A program made the translations under genes and the position numbers. 64,000 nucleotides of DNA, taken from NCBI RefSeq assembly GCF_017348835.2, contig NZ_CP071375.1; one strand, given 5' to 3'. Positions within the stretch are counted from its first letter, which is position 1; the number at the start of each line of letters is the position of its first letter. Under the pieces are notes generated by a model. It searched no databases, was not told the DNA's origin, and saw only the letters and a program-made list of their open reading frames with translations. This DNA is from Escherichia coli (lineage in GTDB: Bacteria; Pseudomonadota; Gammaproteobacteria; Enterobacterales; Enterobacteriaceae). Below, one piece after another: positions 10,914 through 22,613 of this stretch.

Positions 10914-12368
10914 TTACGCCATTAATGGCAGAAGTTGCTGATAGAGGCGACGGAATGTTTCACGTCGTGGCTGATAAGCGGCATAACGCTGCGCATCTGG
11001 TAGATGCGACTGTTCTAACGGTAGTTGCGGCAATAACTCAATGAGCGATTTCTCTGGATTCGCCGCAATCTGCGCCAGCCTTGCTGCGCCCAGTGCTGGC
11101 CCCACATCCCCCCCCGTACGGTAATCGAGCTGCTGACCGCTGATATCCGCCAGCATCTGACGCCAGTACTCACTACGCGCCCCGCCACCAATCAACGTAA
11201 CACTTTGCGGTTTAATGCCGCAGGCATGCACGACATCCATGCCATCTGCCAGCGCATAACCCACGCCTTCCAGCACTGCTCGCGCCAGTTCATAGGGGCC
11301 ATGTTGATGAGTCAAACCAAAGAAAACCCCTTTCGCCTGGGGATTATTGTGTGGTGTACGCTCGCCGGAAAGATAAGGCAGAAACCAAACTGGCTCGGCA
11401 CTTTCATCAGCCTGTTGAGCTGCAGCGATTAAAGCTGGGACATTGCTCAGGCCGGTTAATTTCGCGGCCCAATCCAGACACGACGCTGCACTCAGCATTA
11501 CAGACATTAAATGCCAACGCTGCGGTAGCGCATGGCAAAAGCTGTGTACGGCGCTTTCTGGCTTGCTTAAAAACCCTTCGCTGACAGCAAAATAGACCCC
11601 CGACGTCCCCAGCGATAACATTGCCTGATTAGCATCAACCATTCCCACACCAACTGCACCAGCTGCATTGTCGCCACCGCCTGCGACAACTGGCACCGTC
11701 GCCATACCCCACGCTTTCGCAACTTCAGGTAACAAAGCACCAGTAATTTCGCTGCCTTCGTATAATGCGGGCATCTGGTCACGAGATAAGTCGCAAGCCT
11801 GCAGCATGACGTCACTCCAGTCACGCTTTGCGACATCCAGCCACATGGTGCCAGCTGCGTCAGACATATCGCTGGCAAACTCCCCCGTCATACGCAGACG
11901 CAAGTAATCTTTCGGTAATAATACTTTGTCGATTTGACGGAATATCTCCGGCTCATGCCGCTGAACCCATAGCAATTTAGGCGCAGTAAATCCGGGCATC
12001 ATCAGGTTGCCGGTAATCACTCGTGATTGCGGAACTCTCGCTTCCAGCAAAGTGCACTCTTGCGCACAGCGCCCGTCGTTCCACAAAATGGCAGGGCGCA
12101 ATACCCGTTGTTGAGCATCCAGTAAGGTTGCTCCATGCATCTGGCCGGCAATACCTAATGCTTTAACGTCCTGCAGAGAATGCTGATCGCCCAGAGCTTT
12201 CATTGCGCGATCAGTTGCCTGCCACCACTGTTCCGGGTCTTGTTCCGACCAGAGTGGATGCGGGCGCGAAACGGTCAGCTTTTCCGTTTGCGAAGCAACC
12301 ACCTCACCCTGCTCGTTAAGCAAAATAACTTTTACGCCCGAGGTGCCAAGATCTATCCCGATATACAT
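10914..12368 (-). CDS. xylB: Xylulokinase
   Basis: 484-aa FGGY kinase ORF MYIGIDLGTSGVKVILL…; downstream of xylA. Confidence 0.97.
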   Translation of the reverse strand: MYIGIDLGTSGVKVILLNEQGEVVASQTEKLTVSRPHPLWSEQDPEQWWQATDRAMKALGDQHSLQDVKALGIAGQMHGATLLDAQQRVLRPAILWNDGRCAQECTLLEARVPQSRVITGNLMMPGFTAPKLLWVQRHEPEIFRQIDKVLLPKDYLRLRMTGEFASDMSDAAGTMWLDVAKRDWSDVMLQACDLSRDQMPALYEGSEITGALLPEVAKAWGMATVPVVAGGGDNAAGAVGVGMVDANQAMLSLGTSGVYFAVSEGFLSKPESAVHSFCHALPQRWHLMSVMLSAASCLDWAAKLTGLSNVPALIAAAQQADESAEPVWFLPYLSGERTPHNNPQAKGVFFGLTHQHGPYELARAVLEGVGYALADGMDVVHACGIKPQSVTLIGGGARSEYWRQMLADISGQQLDYRTGGDVGPALGAARLAQIAANPEKSLIELLPQLPLEQSHLPDAQRYAAYQPRRETFRRLYQQLLPLMA

Positions 12369-12439
12369 ATCGATCGTTCCTTAAAAAAATGCCCGGTATC
12401 GCTACCGATAACCGGGCCAACGGACTGCACAGTTAGCCG

Positions 12440-13762
12440 TTATTTGTCGAACAGATAATGATTTACCAGATTTTCCAGTTGCTCCTGGCGACCACTCTGA
12501 TGCACCGGAGACAAATTATGTTCCTGAGCATATTTGGCTAAATCTGCCAGTGACATTTGGCCTTTCAGGATTTGCTGGCCTAATTCGCTATTCCAGCCGG
12601 AATAACGCTGCGCGATGCGTTTATCCAGCTCGCCATCTTCAATCATGCGCGCTGCAATTTTCAGCGCCAGTGCCATCGTATCCATCGCGCCGATATGACC
12701 GTAAAACAGATCATATTTATCAGTACTTTGACGACGTACTTTGGCATCGAAGTTCAGACCGCCGGTGGTGAAACCGCCTGCTTTGAGAATTTCATACATT
12801 ACCAGCGCATTCTCTTCCACACTGTTCGGGAACTGGTCGGTGTCCCAGCCCAGTTGCGCATCGCCACGGTTGGCGTCGACAGAACCGAACAGGCCAAGCG
12901 CAATGGCGGTGGCAATTTCATGATGGAAAGAGTGACCTGCCAGCGTCGCGTGGTTAGCTTCAATGTTCAGTTTAATCTCTTTTTCCAGACCAAACTGTTT
13001 CAGGAAGCCATAGACCGTCGCGGCATCGTAATCATATTGATGTTTGGTCGGTTCTTGCGGTTTCGGTTCGATAAGCAACGTGCCCTGGAAACCGATTTTA
13101 TGTTTATGCTCAACCACCATCTGCATAAAGCGGCCCAGTTGTTCACGCTCCTGACGCAAGTCGGTATTTAACAGCGTTTCGTAACCTTCACGACCGCCCC
13201 ACAGGACATAGTTTTCACCGCCCAATTTATGGGTTGCTTCCATCGCTGTAACAACTTGCGTTGCCGCCCAGCTGAAGACTTCTGGATCTGGGTTCGTCGC
13301 CGCACCCGCGCCGTAGCGAGGGTTTGTAAAGCAGTTGGCGGTTCCCCACAGCAGCTTCACGCCGCTCTCTTCTTGCTTGCCTGCCAGGACATCAACCATT
13401 TGCGCAAAATTATTGATGTACTCTTTTAACGACGCGCCCTCAGGGGAAACATCCACATCGTGGAAGCAATAAAATGGCACATGTAATTTGTGGAAAAACT
13501 CAAATGCGACATCTGCTTTACGCTTCGCCAACGCCAGTGCCTCACCAGGCTGCTGCCACGGACGATTAAACGCCCCCACACCAAACATATCCGCCCCGTT
13601 CCAGCAGAAGGTGTGCCAGTAGCAGGCGGCAAATCGCAAGTGCTCTTCCATACGCTTGCCCAACACCAGTTCGTCGGGATTGTAGTGACGGAATGCTAAC
13701 GGGTTTGAGGATTTTGAGCCTTCATAACGAACGCGATCGAGCTGGTCAAAATAGGCTTGCAT
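12440..13762 (-). CDS. xylA: Xylose isomerase
   Basis: ORF trimmed to [15 protein letters not shown]… (440 aa). Confidence 0.97.
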
Positions 13763-14127
13763 ATTGAACTCCATAATCAGGTAATGCCGCGGGTGATGGA
13801 TGATGTCGTAATATTGGGCACTCCCTTTCAGTTGCTCAATTATGTTATTTCACACTGCTATTGAGATAATTCACAAGTGTGCGCTCGCTCGCAAAATAAA
13901 ATGGAATGATGAAACTGGGTAATTCCTCGAAGAGAAAAATGCAATAAGTACAATTGCGCAACAAAAGTAAGATCTCGGTCATAAATCAAGAAATAAACCA
14001 AAAATCGTAATCGAAAGATAAAAATCTGTAATTGTTTTCCCCTGTTTAGTTGCTAAAAATTGGTTACGTTTATCGCGGTGATTGTTACTTATTAAAGCTG
14101 TCCTCTAACTACAGAAGGCCCTACACC
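13763..14127. promoter_or_regulatory. Divergent xylA / xylF promoter-operator region
   Basis: AT-rich intergenic region between divergent xylAB and xylFGH operons; contains TGTGA-type half-sites (e.g. TTTCACACTGC…AATTCACAAGTGTG); individual XylR/CRP sites not mapped. Confidence 0.6.
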
Positions 14128-15120
14128 ATGAAAATAAAGAACATTCTACTCACCCTTTGCACCTCACTCCTGCTTACCAACGTTGCTGCACACGCCAAAG
14201 AAGTCAAAATAGGTATGGCGATTGATGATCTCCGTCTTGAACGCTGGCAAAAAGATCGAGATATCTTTGTGAAAAAGGCAGAATCTCTCGGCGCGAAAGT
14301 ATTTGTACAGTCTGCAAATGGCAATGAAGAAACACAAATGTCGCAGATTGAAAACATGATAAACCGGGGTGTCGATGTTCTTGTCATTATTCCGTATAAC
14401 GGTCAGGTATTAAGTAACGTTGTAAAAGAAGCCAAACAAGAAGGCATTAAAGTATTAGCTTACGACCGTATGATTAACGATGCGGATATCGATTTTTATA
14501 TTTCTTTCGATAACGAAAAAGTCGGTGAACTGCAGGCAAAAGCCCTGGTCGATATTGTTCCGCAAGGTAATTACTTCCTGATGGGCGGCTCGCCGGTAGA
14601 TAACAACGCTAAGCTGTTCCGCGCCGGACAAATGAAAGTGTTAAAACCTTACGTTGATTCCGGAAAAATTAAAGTCGTTGGTGACCAATGGGTTGATGGC
14701 TGGTTACCGGAAAACGCATTGAAAATTATGGAAAACGCGCTAACCGCCAATAATAACAAAATTGATGCTGTAGTTGCCTCAAACGATGCCACCGCAGGTG
14801 GGGCAATTCAGGCATTAAGCGCGCAAGGTTTATCAGGGAAAGTAGCAATTTCCGGCCAGGATGCGGATCTCGCAGGTATTAAACGTATTGCTGCCGGTAC
14901 GCAAACTATGACGGTATATAAACCTATTACATTGCTGGCAAATACTGCCGCAGAAATTGCCGTTGAATTGGGCAATGGTCAGGAGCCAAAAGCAGATACC
15001 TCACTGAATAATGGCCTGAAAGATGTCCCCTCCCGCCTCCTGACACCGATCGATGTGAATAAAAACAACATCAAAGATACGGTAATTAAAGACGGATTCC
15101 ACAAAGAGAGCGAGCTGTAA
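14128..15120 (+). CDS. xylF: D-xylose ABC transporter periplasmic binding protein
   Basis: ORF trimmed to MKIKNILLTLCTSLLLTNVAAHA… (330 aa). Confidence 0.95.
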   Translation: MKIKNILLTLCTSLLLTNVAAHAKEVKIGMAIDDLRLERWQKDRDIFVKKAESLGAKVFVQSANGNEETQMSQIENMINRGVDVLVIIPYNGQVLSNVVKEAKQEGIKVLAYDRMINDADIDFYISFDNEKVGELQAKALVDIVPQGNYFLMGGSPVDNNAKLFRAGQMKVLKPYVDSGKIKVVGDQWVDGWLPENALKIMENALTANNNKIDAVVASNDATAGGAIQALSAQGLSGKVAISGQDADLAGIKRIAAGTQTMTVYKPITLLANTAAEIAVELGNGQEPKADTSLNNGLKDVPSRLLTPIDVNKNNIKDTVIKDGFHKESEL

Positions 15121-15197
15121 GCGTTACGCCCCAGCGCGGAGCGGGGGCGTGATTTCTCTCCATGCCGCGTGAATGAATTGGCTTAGGTGGAGTCGTT

Positions 15198-16739
15198 ATG
15201 CCTTATCTACTTGAAATGAAGAACATTACCAAAACCTTCGGCAGTGTGAAGGCGATTGATAACGTCAGCTTGCGGTTGAATGCTGGCGAAATCGTCTCAC
15301 TCTGTGGGGAAAATGGGTCTGGTAAATCAACGCTGATGAAAGTGCTGTGTGGTATTTATCCCCATGGCTCCTACGAAGGCGAAATTATTTTTGCGGGAGA
15401 AGAGATTCAGGCGAGTCACATCCGCGATACCGAACGCAAAGGTATCGCCATCATTCACCAGGAATTGGCCCTGGTGAAAGAATTGACCGTGCTGGAAAAT
15501 ATCTTCCTGGGTAACGAAATAACCCACAATGGCATTATGGATTATGACCTGATGACGCTACGCTGTCAGAAGCTGCTCGCACAGGTCAGTTTATCCATTT
15601 CACCTGATACCCGCGTTGGCGATTTAGGGCTTGGGCAACAACAACTGGTTGAAATTGCCAAGGCACTTAATAAACAGGTGCGCTTGTTAATTCTCGATGA
15701 ACCGACAGCCTCATTAACTGAGCAGGAAACGTCGGTTTTACTGGATATTATTCGCGATCTACAACAGCACGGTATCGCCTGTATTTATATTTCGCACAAA
15801 CTCAACGAAGTTAAAGCGATTTCCGATACGATTTGCGTTATTCGCGACGGACAGCACATTGGTACGCGTGATGCTGCCGGAATGAGTGAAGACGATATTA
15901 TCACCATGATGGTCGGGCGAGAGTTAACCGCGCTTTACCCTAATGAACCACATACCACCGGAGATGAAATATTACGTATTGAACATCTGACGGCATGGCA
16001 TCCGGTTAATCGTCATATTAAACGAGTTAATGATGTCTCGTTTTCCCTGAAACGTGGCGAAATACTGGGTATTGCCGGACTCGTTGGTGCCGGACGTACC
16101 GAGACCATTCAGTGCCTGTTTGGTGTGTGGCCCGGACAATGGGAAGGAAAAATTTATATTGATGGCAAACAGGTAGATATTCGTAACTGTCAGCAAGCCA
16201 TCGCCCAGGGGATTGCGATGGTACCCGAAGACAGAAAGCGCGACGGCATCGTTCCGGTAATGGCGGTTGGTAAAAATATTACCCTCGCCGCACTCAATAA
16301 ATTTACCGGTGGCATTAGCCAGCTTGATGACGCGGCAGAGCAAAAATGTATTCTGGAATCAATCCAGCAACTCAAAGTTAAAACGTCGTCCCCCGACCTT
16401 GCTATTGGACGTTTGAGCGGCGGCAATCAGCAAAAAGCGATCCTCGCCCGCTGTCTGTTACTCAACCCGCGCATTCTCATTCTTGATGAACCTACCAGGG
16501 GTATTGATATTGGCGCGAAATACGAGATCTACAAATTAATTAACCAACTCGTCCAGCAGGGTATTGCCGTTATTGTCATCTCTTCCGAATTACCTGAAGT
16601 GCTCGGCCTTAGCGATCGTGTACTGGTGATGCATGAAGGGAAACTAAAAGCCAACCTGATAAATCATAACCTGACTCAGGAGCAGGTGATGGAAGCCGCA
16701 TTGAGGAGCGAACATCATGTCGAAAAGCAATCCGTCTGA
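15198..16739 (+). CDS. xylG: D-xylose ABC transporter ATP-binding protein
   Basis: 513-aa ORF with two ABC ATPase domains (Walker [10 protein letters not shown]). Confidence 0.95.
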
Positions 16740-17898
16740 AGTGAAATTGGCCGTACCGACATCCGGTGGCTTCTCCGGGCTGAAATCACTGAATTTGCAG
16801 GTCTTCGTGATGATTGCAGCTATCATCGCAATCATGCTGTTCTTTACCTGGACCACCGATGGTGCCTACTTAAGCGCCCGTAACGTCTCCAACCTGTTAC
16901 GCCAGACCGCGATTACCGGCATCCTCGCGGTAGGAATGGTGTTCGTCATAATTTCTGCTGAAATCGACCTTTCCGTCGGCTCAATGATGGGGCTGTTAGG
17001 TGGCGTCGCGGCGATTTGTGACGTCTGGCTAGGCTGGCCTTTACCACTTACCATCATTGTGACGCTGGTTCTGGGACTGCTTCTCGGTGCCTGGAACGGA
17101 TGGTGGGTCGCGTATCGTAAAGTTCCTTCATTTATTGTCACCCTCGCGGGCATGTTGGCATTTCGCGGCATACTCATTGGCATAACCAACGGCACGACTG
17201 TATCCCCCACCAGCGCCGCGATGTCACAAATTGGGCAAAGCTATCTCCCCGCCAGCACCGGCTTCATCATTGGCGCGCTTGGCTTAATGGCTTTTGTTGG
17301 TTGGCAATGGCGCGGAAGAATGCGCCGTCAGGCTTTGGGTTTGCAGTCTCCGGCCTCTACCGCAGTAGTCGGTCGCCAGGCTTTAACCGCTATCATCGTA
17401 TTAGGCGCAATCTGGCTGTTGAATGATTATCGTGGCGTTCCCACTCCTGTTCTGCTGCTGACGTTGCTGTTACTCGGCGGAATGTTTATGGCAACGCGGA
17501 CGGCATTTGGACGACGCATTTATGCCATCGGCGGCAATCTGGAAGCAGCACGTCTCTCCGGGATTAACGTTGAACGCACCAAACTTGCCGTGTTCGCTAT
17601 TAACGGATTAATGGTAGCCATCGCCGGATTAATCCTCAGTTCTCGACTTGGCGCTGGTTCACCTTCTGCGGGGAATATCGCCGAGCTGGACGCAATTGCA
17701 GCATGCGTGATTGGCGGCACCAGCCTGGCTGGCGGTGTCGGGAGCGTGGCTGGAGCGGTAATGGGGGCATTTATCATGGCTTCACTGGATAACGGCATGA
17801 GTATGATGGATGTACCGACCTTCTGGCAGTATATCGTTAAAGGTGCGATTCTGTTGCTGGCAGTATGGATGGACTCCGCAACCAAACGCCGTTCTTGA
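16717..17898 (+). CDS. xylH: D-xylose ABC transporter permease
   Basis: 393-aa polytopic membrane ORF overlapping the xylG stop. Confidence 0.95.
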
Positions 17899-17975
17899 TT
17901 TTGATAAAAATTTTCTCAAAGCCGGTAACGTATTACCGGTTTTGAGTTTTTGCATGATTCAGCAGGAAAAGAACC

Positions 17976-19154
17976 ATGTTTACTAAACGTCACCGCATCA
18001 CATTACTGTTCAATGCCAATAAAGCCTATGACCGGCAGGTAGTAGAAGGCGTAGGGGAATATTTACAGGCGTCACAATCGGAATGGGATATTTTCATTGA
18101 AGAAGATTTCCGCGCCCGCATTGATAAAATCAAGGACTGGTTAGGAGATGGCGTCATTGCCGACTTCGACGACAAACAGATCGAGCAAGCGCTGGCTGAT
18201 GTCGACGTCCCCATTGTTGGGGTTGGCGGCTCGTATCACCTTGCAGAAAGTTACCCACCCGTTCATTACATTGCCACCGATAACTATGCGCTGGTTGAAA
18301 GCGCATTTTTGCATTTAAAAGAGAAAGGCGTTAACCGCTTTGCTTTTTATGGTCTTCCGGAATCAAGCGGCAAACGTTGGGCCACTGAACGCGAATATGC
18401 ATTTCGTCAGCTTGTCGCCGAAGAAAAGTATCGCGGAGTGGTTTATCAGGGGTTAGAAACCGCGCCAGAGAACTGGCAACACGCGCAAAATCGGCTGGCA
18501 GACTGGCTACAAACGCTGCCACCGCAAACCGGGATTATTGCCGTTACTGACGCCCGGGCGCGGCATATTCTGCAAGTATGTGAACATCTACACATTCCCG
18601 TACCGGAAAAATTATGCGTGATTGGCATCGATAACGAAGAACTGACCCGCTATCTGTCGCGTGTCGCCCTTTCTTCGGTCGCTCAGGGCGCGCGGCAAAT
18701 GGGCTATCAGGCGGCAAAACTGTTGCATCGATTATTAGATAAAGAAGAAATGCCGCTACAGCGAATTTTGGTCCCACCAGTTCGCGTCATTGAACGGCGC
18801 TCAACAGATTACCGCTCGCTGACCGATCCCGCCGTTATTCAGGCCATGCATTACATTCGTAATCACGCCTGTAAAGGGATTAAAGTGGATCAGGTACTCG
18901 ATGCGGTCGGGATCTCGCGCTCCAATCTTGAGAAGCGTTTTAAAGAAGAGGTGGGTGAAACCATCCATGCCATGATTCATGCCGAGAAGCTGGAGAAAGC
19001 GCGCAGTCTGCTGATTTCAACCACCTTGTCGATCAATGAGATATCGCAAATGTGCGGTTATCCATCGCTGCAATATTTCTACTCTGTTTTTAAAAAAGCA
19101 TATGACACGACGCCAAAAGAGTATCGCGATGTAAATAGCGAGGTCATGTTGTAG
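17976..19154 (+). CDS. xylR: Xylose operon transcriptional activator XylR (AraC family)
   Basis: 392-aa ORF with periplasmic-binding-like N-domain and AraC HTH C-terminus. Confidence 0.95.
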   Translation: MFTKRHRITLLFNANKAYDRQVVEGVGEYLQASQSEWDIFIEEDFRARIDKIKDWLGDGVIADFDDKQIEQALADVDVPIVGVGGSYHLAESYPPVHYIATDNYALVESAFLHLKEKGVNRFAFYGLPESSGKRWATEREYAFRQLVAEEKYRGVVYQGLETAPENWQHAQNRLADWLQTLPPQTGIIAVTDARARHILQVCEHLHIPVPEKLCVIGIDNEELTRYLSRVALSSVAQGARQMGYQAAKLLHRLLDKEEMPLQRILVPPVRVIERRSTDYRSLTDPAVIQAMHYIRNHACKGIKVDQVLDAVGISRSNLEKRFKEEVGETIHAMIHAEKLEKARSLLISTTLSINEISQMCGYPSLQYFYSVFKKAYDTTPKEYRDVNSEVML

Positions 19155-19159
19155 CGATG

Positions 19160-19255
19160 ATGAGAATTGTCGGCGTCGCATCAGGTAACTCAGCACAACC
19201 ACCTGATGCGATCAAAAGCCTTATCCGACCGACAAGTCGGATAAGGCTCGAGGAA
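19160..19255. repeat. REP/BIME-like palindromic unit
   Basis: Imperfect palindromes GCCTTATCCGACC…GTCGGATAAGGC and CGCATCAGGT…CCTGATGCG. Confidence 0.6.
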
Positions 19256-19261
19256 ATACAA

Positions 19262-20086
19262 TTACATATGCGCCGCGATTAACCGTTGGTTATCCTGGTA
19301 CATTGCGAACAGGTAGTTGTTATAACTCTTCCCTTTGGTCGAGTAGCCCTTCAGCTTGTGAATCATCGCTGTGGCAGTCACTTCCTGATCCGCTTTACGC
19401 AGCTGTGCACGCGATTTACGGAACGAAGAGTAAGCCGGGTGCGTATTCAGGTTAGTGACATAGGCGCTCACCGATTCTTTGACAGAACTAAACTGTGAGT
19501 ACCCTTTCACTTTACCCGGCGCATTGGTACAATGTCCTTTCATGCATTTCATGCCGAACAGGTTGTTGTTGTTGCGCGCCAGCTTTGACGTTCCCCAACC
19601 GCTTTCTGCTGCAGCCATCGTCGCCACCATACTGGTAGGGATAATGTCTACGCGTTCAAGCAAGGTATTCCACGGGATTTTTCGCGTATTACCAGACCAC
19701 TTCACCTTGTAGCGTTTGGCGATGTCTTTCAGACGCGCACGCTCAGCAGGTGACCATTGGCCCTGATACTGTTTTGAAATGAGCCAGTTACGTTCCGCAG
19801 TAATGGCCGCATTTTGGCTGGTAATGTAAGGCATTACAGTCCGGAGAAACGCCTTTTTCCTTGGTGTTCCGGAAGGGTATTTTCGCAAATCAGGAAGTGA
19901 ACTACTCTTTGCACTATTGCGAGAATACTCTTGTTTACTGCTTACCTGTTTATTACTAGCTTTAGTTAAGTGGGACTTTTGACTCGCTGTTGTTGTGTGC
20001 GTCTTCGCTAACACCTCACTCGAAAACACCAGAGTGAGTAACATAAGAATCATCGCCCCATATCGTCGTATGGGAGTCAAAATCAT
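19262..20086 (-). CDS. bax: Bax protein (glucosaminidase-domain protein)
   Basis: 274-aa ORF; position between xylR and malS. Confidence 0.85.
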   Translation of the reverse strand: MILTPIRRYGAMILMLLTLVFSSEVLAKTHTTTASQKSHLTKASNKQVSSKQEYSRNSAKSSSLPDLRKYPSGTPRKKAFLRTVMPYITSQNAAITAERNWLISKQYQGQWSPAERARLKDIAKRYKVKWSGNTRKIPWNTLLERVDIIPTSMVATMAAAESGWGTSKLARNNNNLFGMKCMKGHCTNAPGKVKGYSQFSSVKESVSAYVTNLNTHPAYSSFRKSRAQLRKADQEVTATAMIHKLKGYSTKGKSYNNYLFAMYQDNQRLIAAHM

Positions 20087-20405
20087 CAGGTCTCCTGGTC
20101 GGATTTAATCATTCCAACACCTTATATTTTTCACAAATTTGAGAGTTGAATCTCAAATCATATCAAAAATAGCTGTCAAGAGCACCCCAAGGAATAGTCC
20201 AAATCTGAAACTATGTCACGTGTTAACGATTCAGATTGGCGCTAAATCGCAGAAAATGTGGGGTTTATCGCAAAATCCAGCCGTTTTTTGCGCGAGATCG
20301 CTCAACCTTGCTTCTCATCCTGTGGACTTACCGCTCAGGGATGAGTTTTGTTTGGCTTATCGCTGGCAAACTGTCTGAAATCGCAGCAATAAGGACTCAT
20401 CCGCC

Positions 20406-22436
20406 ATGAAACTCGCCGCCTGTTTTCTGACACTCCTTCCTGGCTTCGCCGTTGCCGCCAGCTGGACTTCTCCGGGGTTCCCTGCCTTTAGTGAACAGGG
20501 AACGGGAACATTTGTCAGCCACGCGCAGTTGCCCAAAGGTACGCGTCCACTAACGCTAAATTTTGACCAACAGTGCTGGCAGCCTGCGGATGCGATAAAA
20601 CTCAATCAGATGCTTTCCCTGCAACCTTGTAGCAACACGCCGCCTCAATGGCGATTGTTCAGGGACGGCGAATATACGCTGCAAATAGACACCCGCTCCG
20701 GCACGCCAACATTGATGATTTCCATCCAGAACGCCGCCGAACCGGTAGCAAACCAGGTCCGTGTATGCCCGAAATGGGATGGATTACCGCTCACGCTGGA
20801 TGTCAGCGCCACTTTTCCGGAAGGAGCCGCCGTACGGGATTATTACAGCCAGCAAATTGCGATAGTGAAGAACGGTCAAATAACGTTACAACCCGCTGCC
20901 ACCAGCAACGGTTTACTCCTGCTGGAACGGGCAGAAACTGACGTCCCTGCCCCTTTCGACTGGCATAACGCCACGGTTTACTTTGTGCTGACAGATCGTT
21001 TCGAAAACGGCGATCCCAGTAATGACCAGAGTTACGGACGTCATAAAGACGGTATGGCAGAAATAGGTACTTTTCACGGCGGCGATTTACGCGGCCTGAC
21101 CAACAAACTGGATTATCTCCAGCAGCTGGGCGTCAATGCTTTGTGGATAAGCGCCCCATTTGAGCAAATTCACGGCTGGGTCGGCGGCGGTACAAAAGGT
21201 GATTTCCCGCATTATGCCTACCACGGTTATTACACACAGGACTGGACGAATCTTGATGCCAATATGGGCAGCGAAGCCGATCTACGGACGCTGGTTGATA
21301 GCGCGCATCAGCGCGGTATTCGTATTCTCTTTGATGTCGTGATGAACCACACTGGCTATGCCACGCTGGCGGATATGCAGGAGTATCAGTTTGGCGCGTT
21401 ATATCTTTCTGGTGACGAGCTGAAAAAAACGCTGGGTGAACGCTGGAGTGACTGGAAACCTGCCGCCGGGCAAACCTGGCATAGCTTTAACGATTACATT
21501 AATTTCAGCGACAAAACAGGCTGGGATAAATGGTGGGGAAAAAACTGGATCAGAACGGATATCGGCGATTACGACAATCCTGGATTTGACGATCTCACTA
21601 TGTCGCTGGCCTTTTTGCCGGATATCAAAACCGAATCAACGACCGCTTCTGGTCTGCCGGTGTTCTATAAAAACAAAACGGATACCCACGCTAAAGTCAT
21701 CGACGGCTTTACCCCTCGCGATTACTTAACCCACTGGTTAAGTCAGTGGGTCCGCGACTATGGGATTGATGGTTTTCGGGTCGATACCGCCAAACATGTT
21801 GAGTTGCCCGCCTGGCAGCAACTGAAAACCGAAGCCAGCGCCGCGCTTCGCGAATGGAAAAAAGCTAACCCCGACAAAGCATTAGATGACAAACCTTTCT
21901 GGATGACCGGTGAAGCCTGGGGCCACGGCGTGATGCAAAGTGACTACTATCGCCACGGCTTCGATGCGATGATCAATTTCGATTATCAGGAGCAGGCGGC
22001 GAAAGCAGTCGATTGTCTGGCGCAGATGGATACGACCTGGCAGCAAATGGCGGAGAAATTGCAGGGTTTCAACGTGTTGAGCTACCTCTCGTCGCATGAT
22101 ACCCGCCTGTTCCGTGAAGGGGGCGACAAAGCAGCAGAGTTATTACTATTAGCGCCAGGCGCGGTACAAATCTTTTATGGTGATGAATCCTCGCGTCCGT
22201 TCGGTCCTACAGGTTCTGATCCGCTGCAAGGTACACGTTCGGATATGAACTGGCAGGATGTTAGCGGTAAATCTGCCGCCAGCGTCGCGCACTGGCAGAA
22301 AATCAGCCAGTTCCGCGCCCGCCATCCCGCAATTGGCGCGGGCAAACAAACGACACTTTCGCTGAAGCAGGGCTACGGCTTTGTTCGTGAGCATGGCGAC
22401 GATAAAGTGCTGGTCATCTGGGCTGGGCAACAGTGA
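20406..22436 (+). CDS. malS: Periplasmic alpha-amylase
   Basis: 676-aa GH13 ORF with signal peptide MKLAACFLTLLPGFAVAAS. Confidence 0.95.
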   Translation: MKLAACFLTLLPGFAVAASWTSPGFPAFSEQGTGTFVSHAQLPKGTRPLTLNFDQQCWQPADAIKLNQMLSLQPCSNTPPQWRLFRDGEYTLQIDTRSGTPTLMISIQNAAEPVANQVRVCPKWDGLPLTLDVSATFPEGAAVRDYYSQQIAIVKNGQITLQPAATSNGLLLLERAETDVPAPFDWHNATVYFVLTDRFENGDPSNDQSYGRHKDGMAEIGTFHGGDLRGLTNKLDYLQQLGVNALWISAPFEQIHGWVGGGTKGDFPHYAYHGYYTQDWTNLDANMGSEADLRTLVDSAHQRGIRILFDVVMNHTGYATLADMQEYQFGALYLSGDELKKTLGERWSDWKPAAGQTWHSFNDYINFSDKTGWDKWWGKNWIRTDIGDYDNPGFDDLTMSLAFLPDIKTESTTASGLPVFYKNKTDTHAKVIDGFTPRDYLTHWLSQWVRDYGIDGFRVDTAKHVELPAWQQLKTEASAALREWKKANPDKALDDKPFWMTGEAWGHGVMQSDYYRHGFDAMINFDYQEQAAKAVDCLAQMDTTWQQMAEKLQGFNVLSYLSSHDTRLFREGGDKAAELLLLAPGAVQIFYGDESSRPFGPTGSDPLQGTRSDMNWQDVSGKSAASVAHWQKISQFRARHPAIGAGKQTTLSLKQGYGFVREHGDDKVLVIWAGQQ

Positions 22437-22613
22437 CTTTTCCGGCTTCCCGTTCGTCAGTACCTCGGGAAGCCGCCAACCAGGATAAAATGTCAGCCCT
22501 AATCAGCGTTGCAGGATAAAGCACCACTCACTCTTCAACAGACTGATTTGCACCCCAGCAAATGTAGCGTTATTGTTACCTTCCTTGCTACAGAGTTCGA
22601 CAGATATCCCGCT